Assembly (NCBI RefSeq): GCF_001194135.2
Contig: NC_068984.1
Location: 17,203,704-17,235,928, forward strand
DNA: 32,225 nt
DNA from: Octopus bimaculoides
Taxonomy: Eukaryota
Direction: 5' to 3'
Of the stretch, positions 32,153 through 32,225 are shown one piece after another; within the stretch, counting starts at the first letter, position 1; each line of letters begins with the position of its first letter. The position numbers and the translations under genes are program-made. The notes beneath the pieces are model-generated. The model was not told the origin of the DNA. It saw only the letters and a list, made by a program, of their open reading frames with translations, and made no database searches.

Positions 32153-32225
<73 letters not shown>
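31719..32225. repeat. Simple-repeat block: (TA)n, (TACA)n, (TATC)n and (TGTC/TGCC)n
   Basis: Direct reading; (TATC)n runs to the window end. Confidence 0.92.

Overview
Eukaryotic, AT-rich, repeat-dense genomic DNA from a draft assembly with N-gaps at 1992-2095, 3075-3560, 7098-7107, 10963-11277, 13534-14047, 15602-15957, 16682-16691 and 31644-31718. The repeat families look like those of octopus or another coleoid cephalopod (inference from recall, not a database hit). The window holds one protein-coding gene on the + strand: a 7-exon LACTB2 orthologue (metallo-beta-lactamase-fold endoribonuclease). Its CDS is 785-906, 8971-9134, 11755-11875, 17740-17842, 19716-19940, 21416-21497 and 23037-23101, totalling 882 nt (293 aa). 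All introns are GT-AG and all metal-binding motifs are intact. The rest is transposon-derived or simple repeat: about 13 copies of an RTE-LINE-type 3' end with a (GAT)n tail, several tRNA-derived SINE families, decayed RTE, CR1/L2-like and R4/Dong-like LINE fragments, a Tc1/mariner remnant, and TIR/MITE elements, several of them nested. I found no new multi-gene system. The best leads are a 2x2 head/body SINE mosaic, a degenerate hammerhead-ribozyme core, inverted RTE pairs able to form dsRNA in the LACTB2 pre-mRNA, nested TE stacks, and an intron position that appears to differ from human. Exon coordinates were counted by hand; repeat boundaries are approximate.
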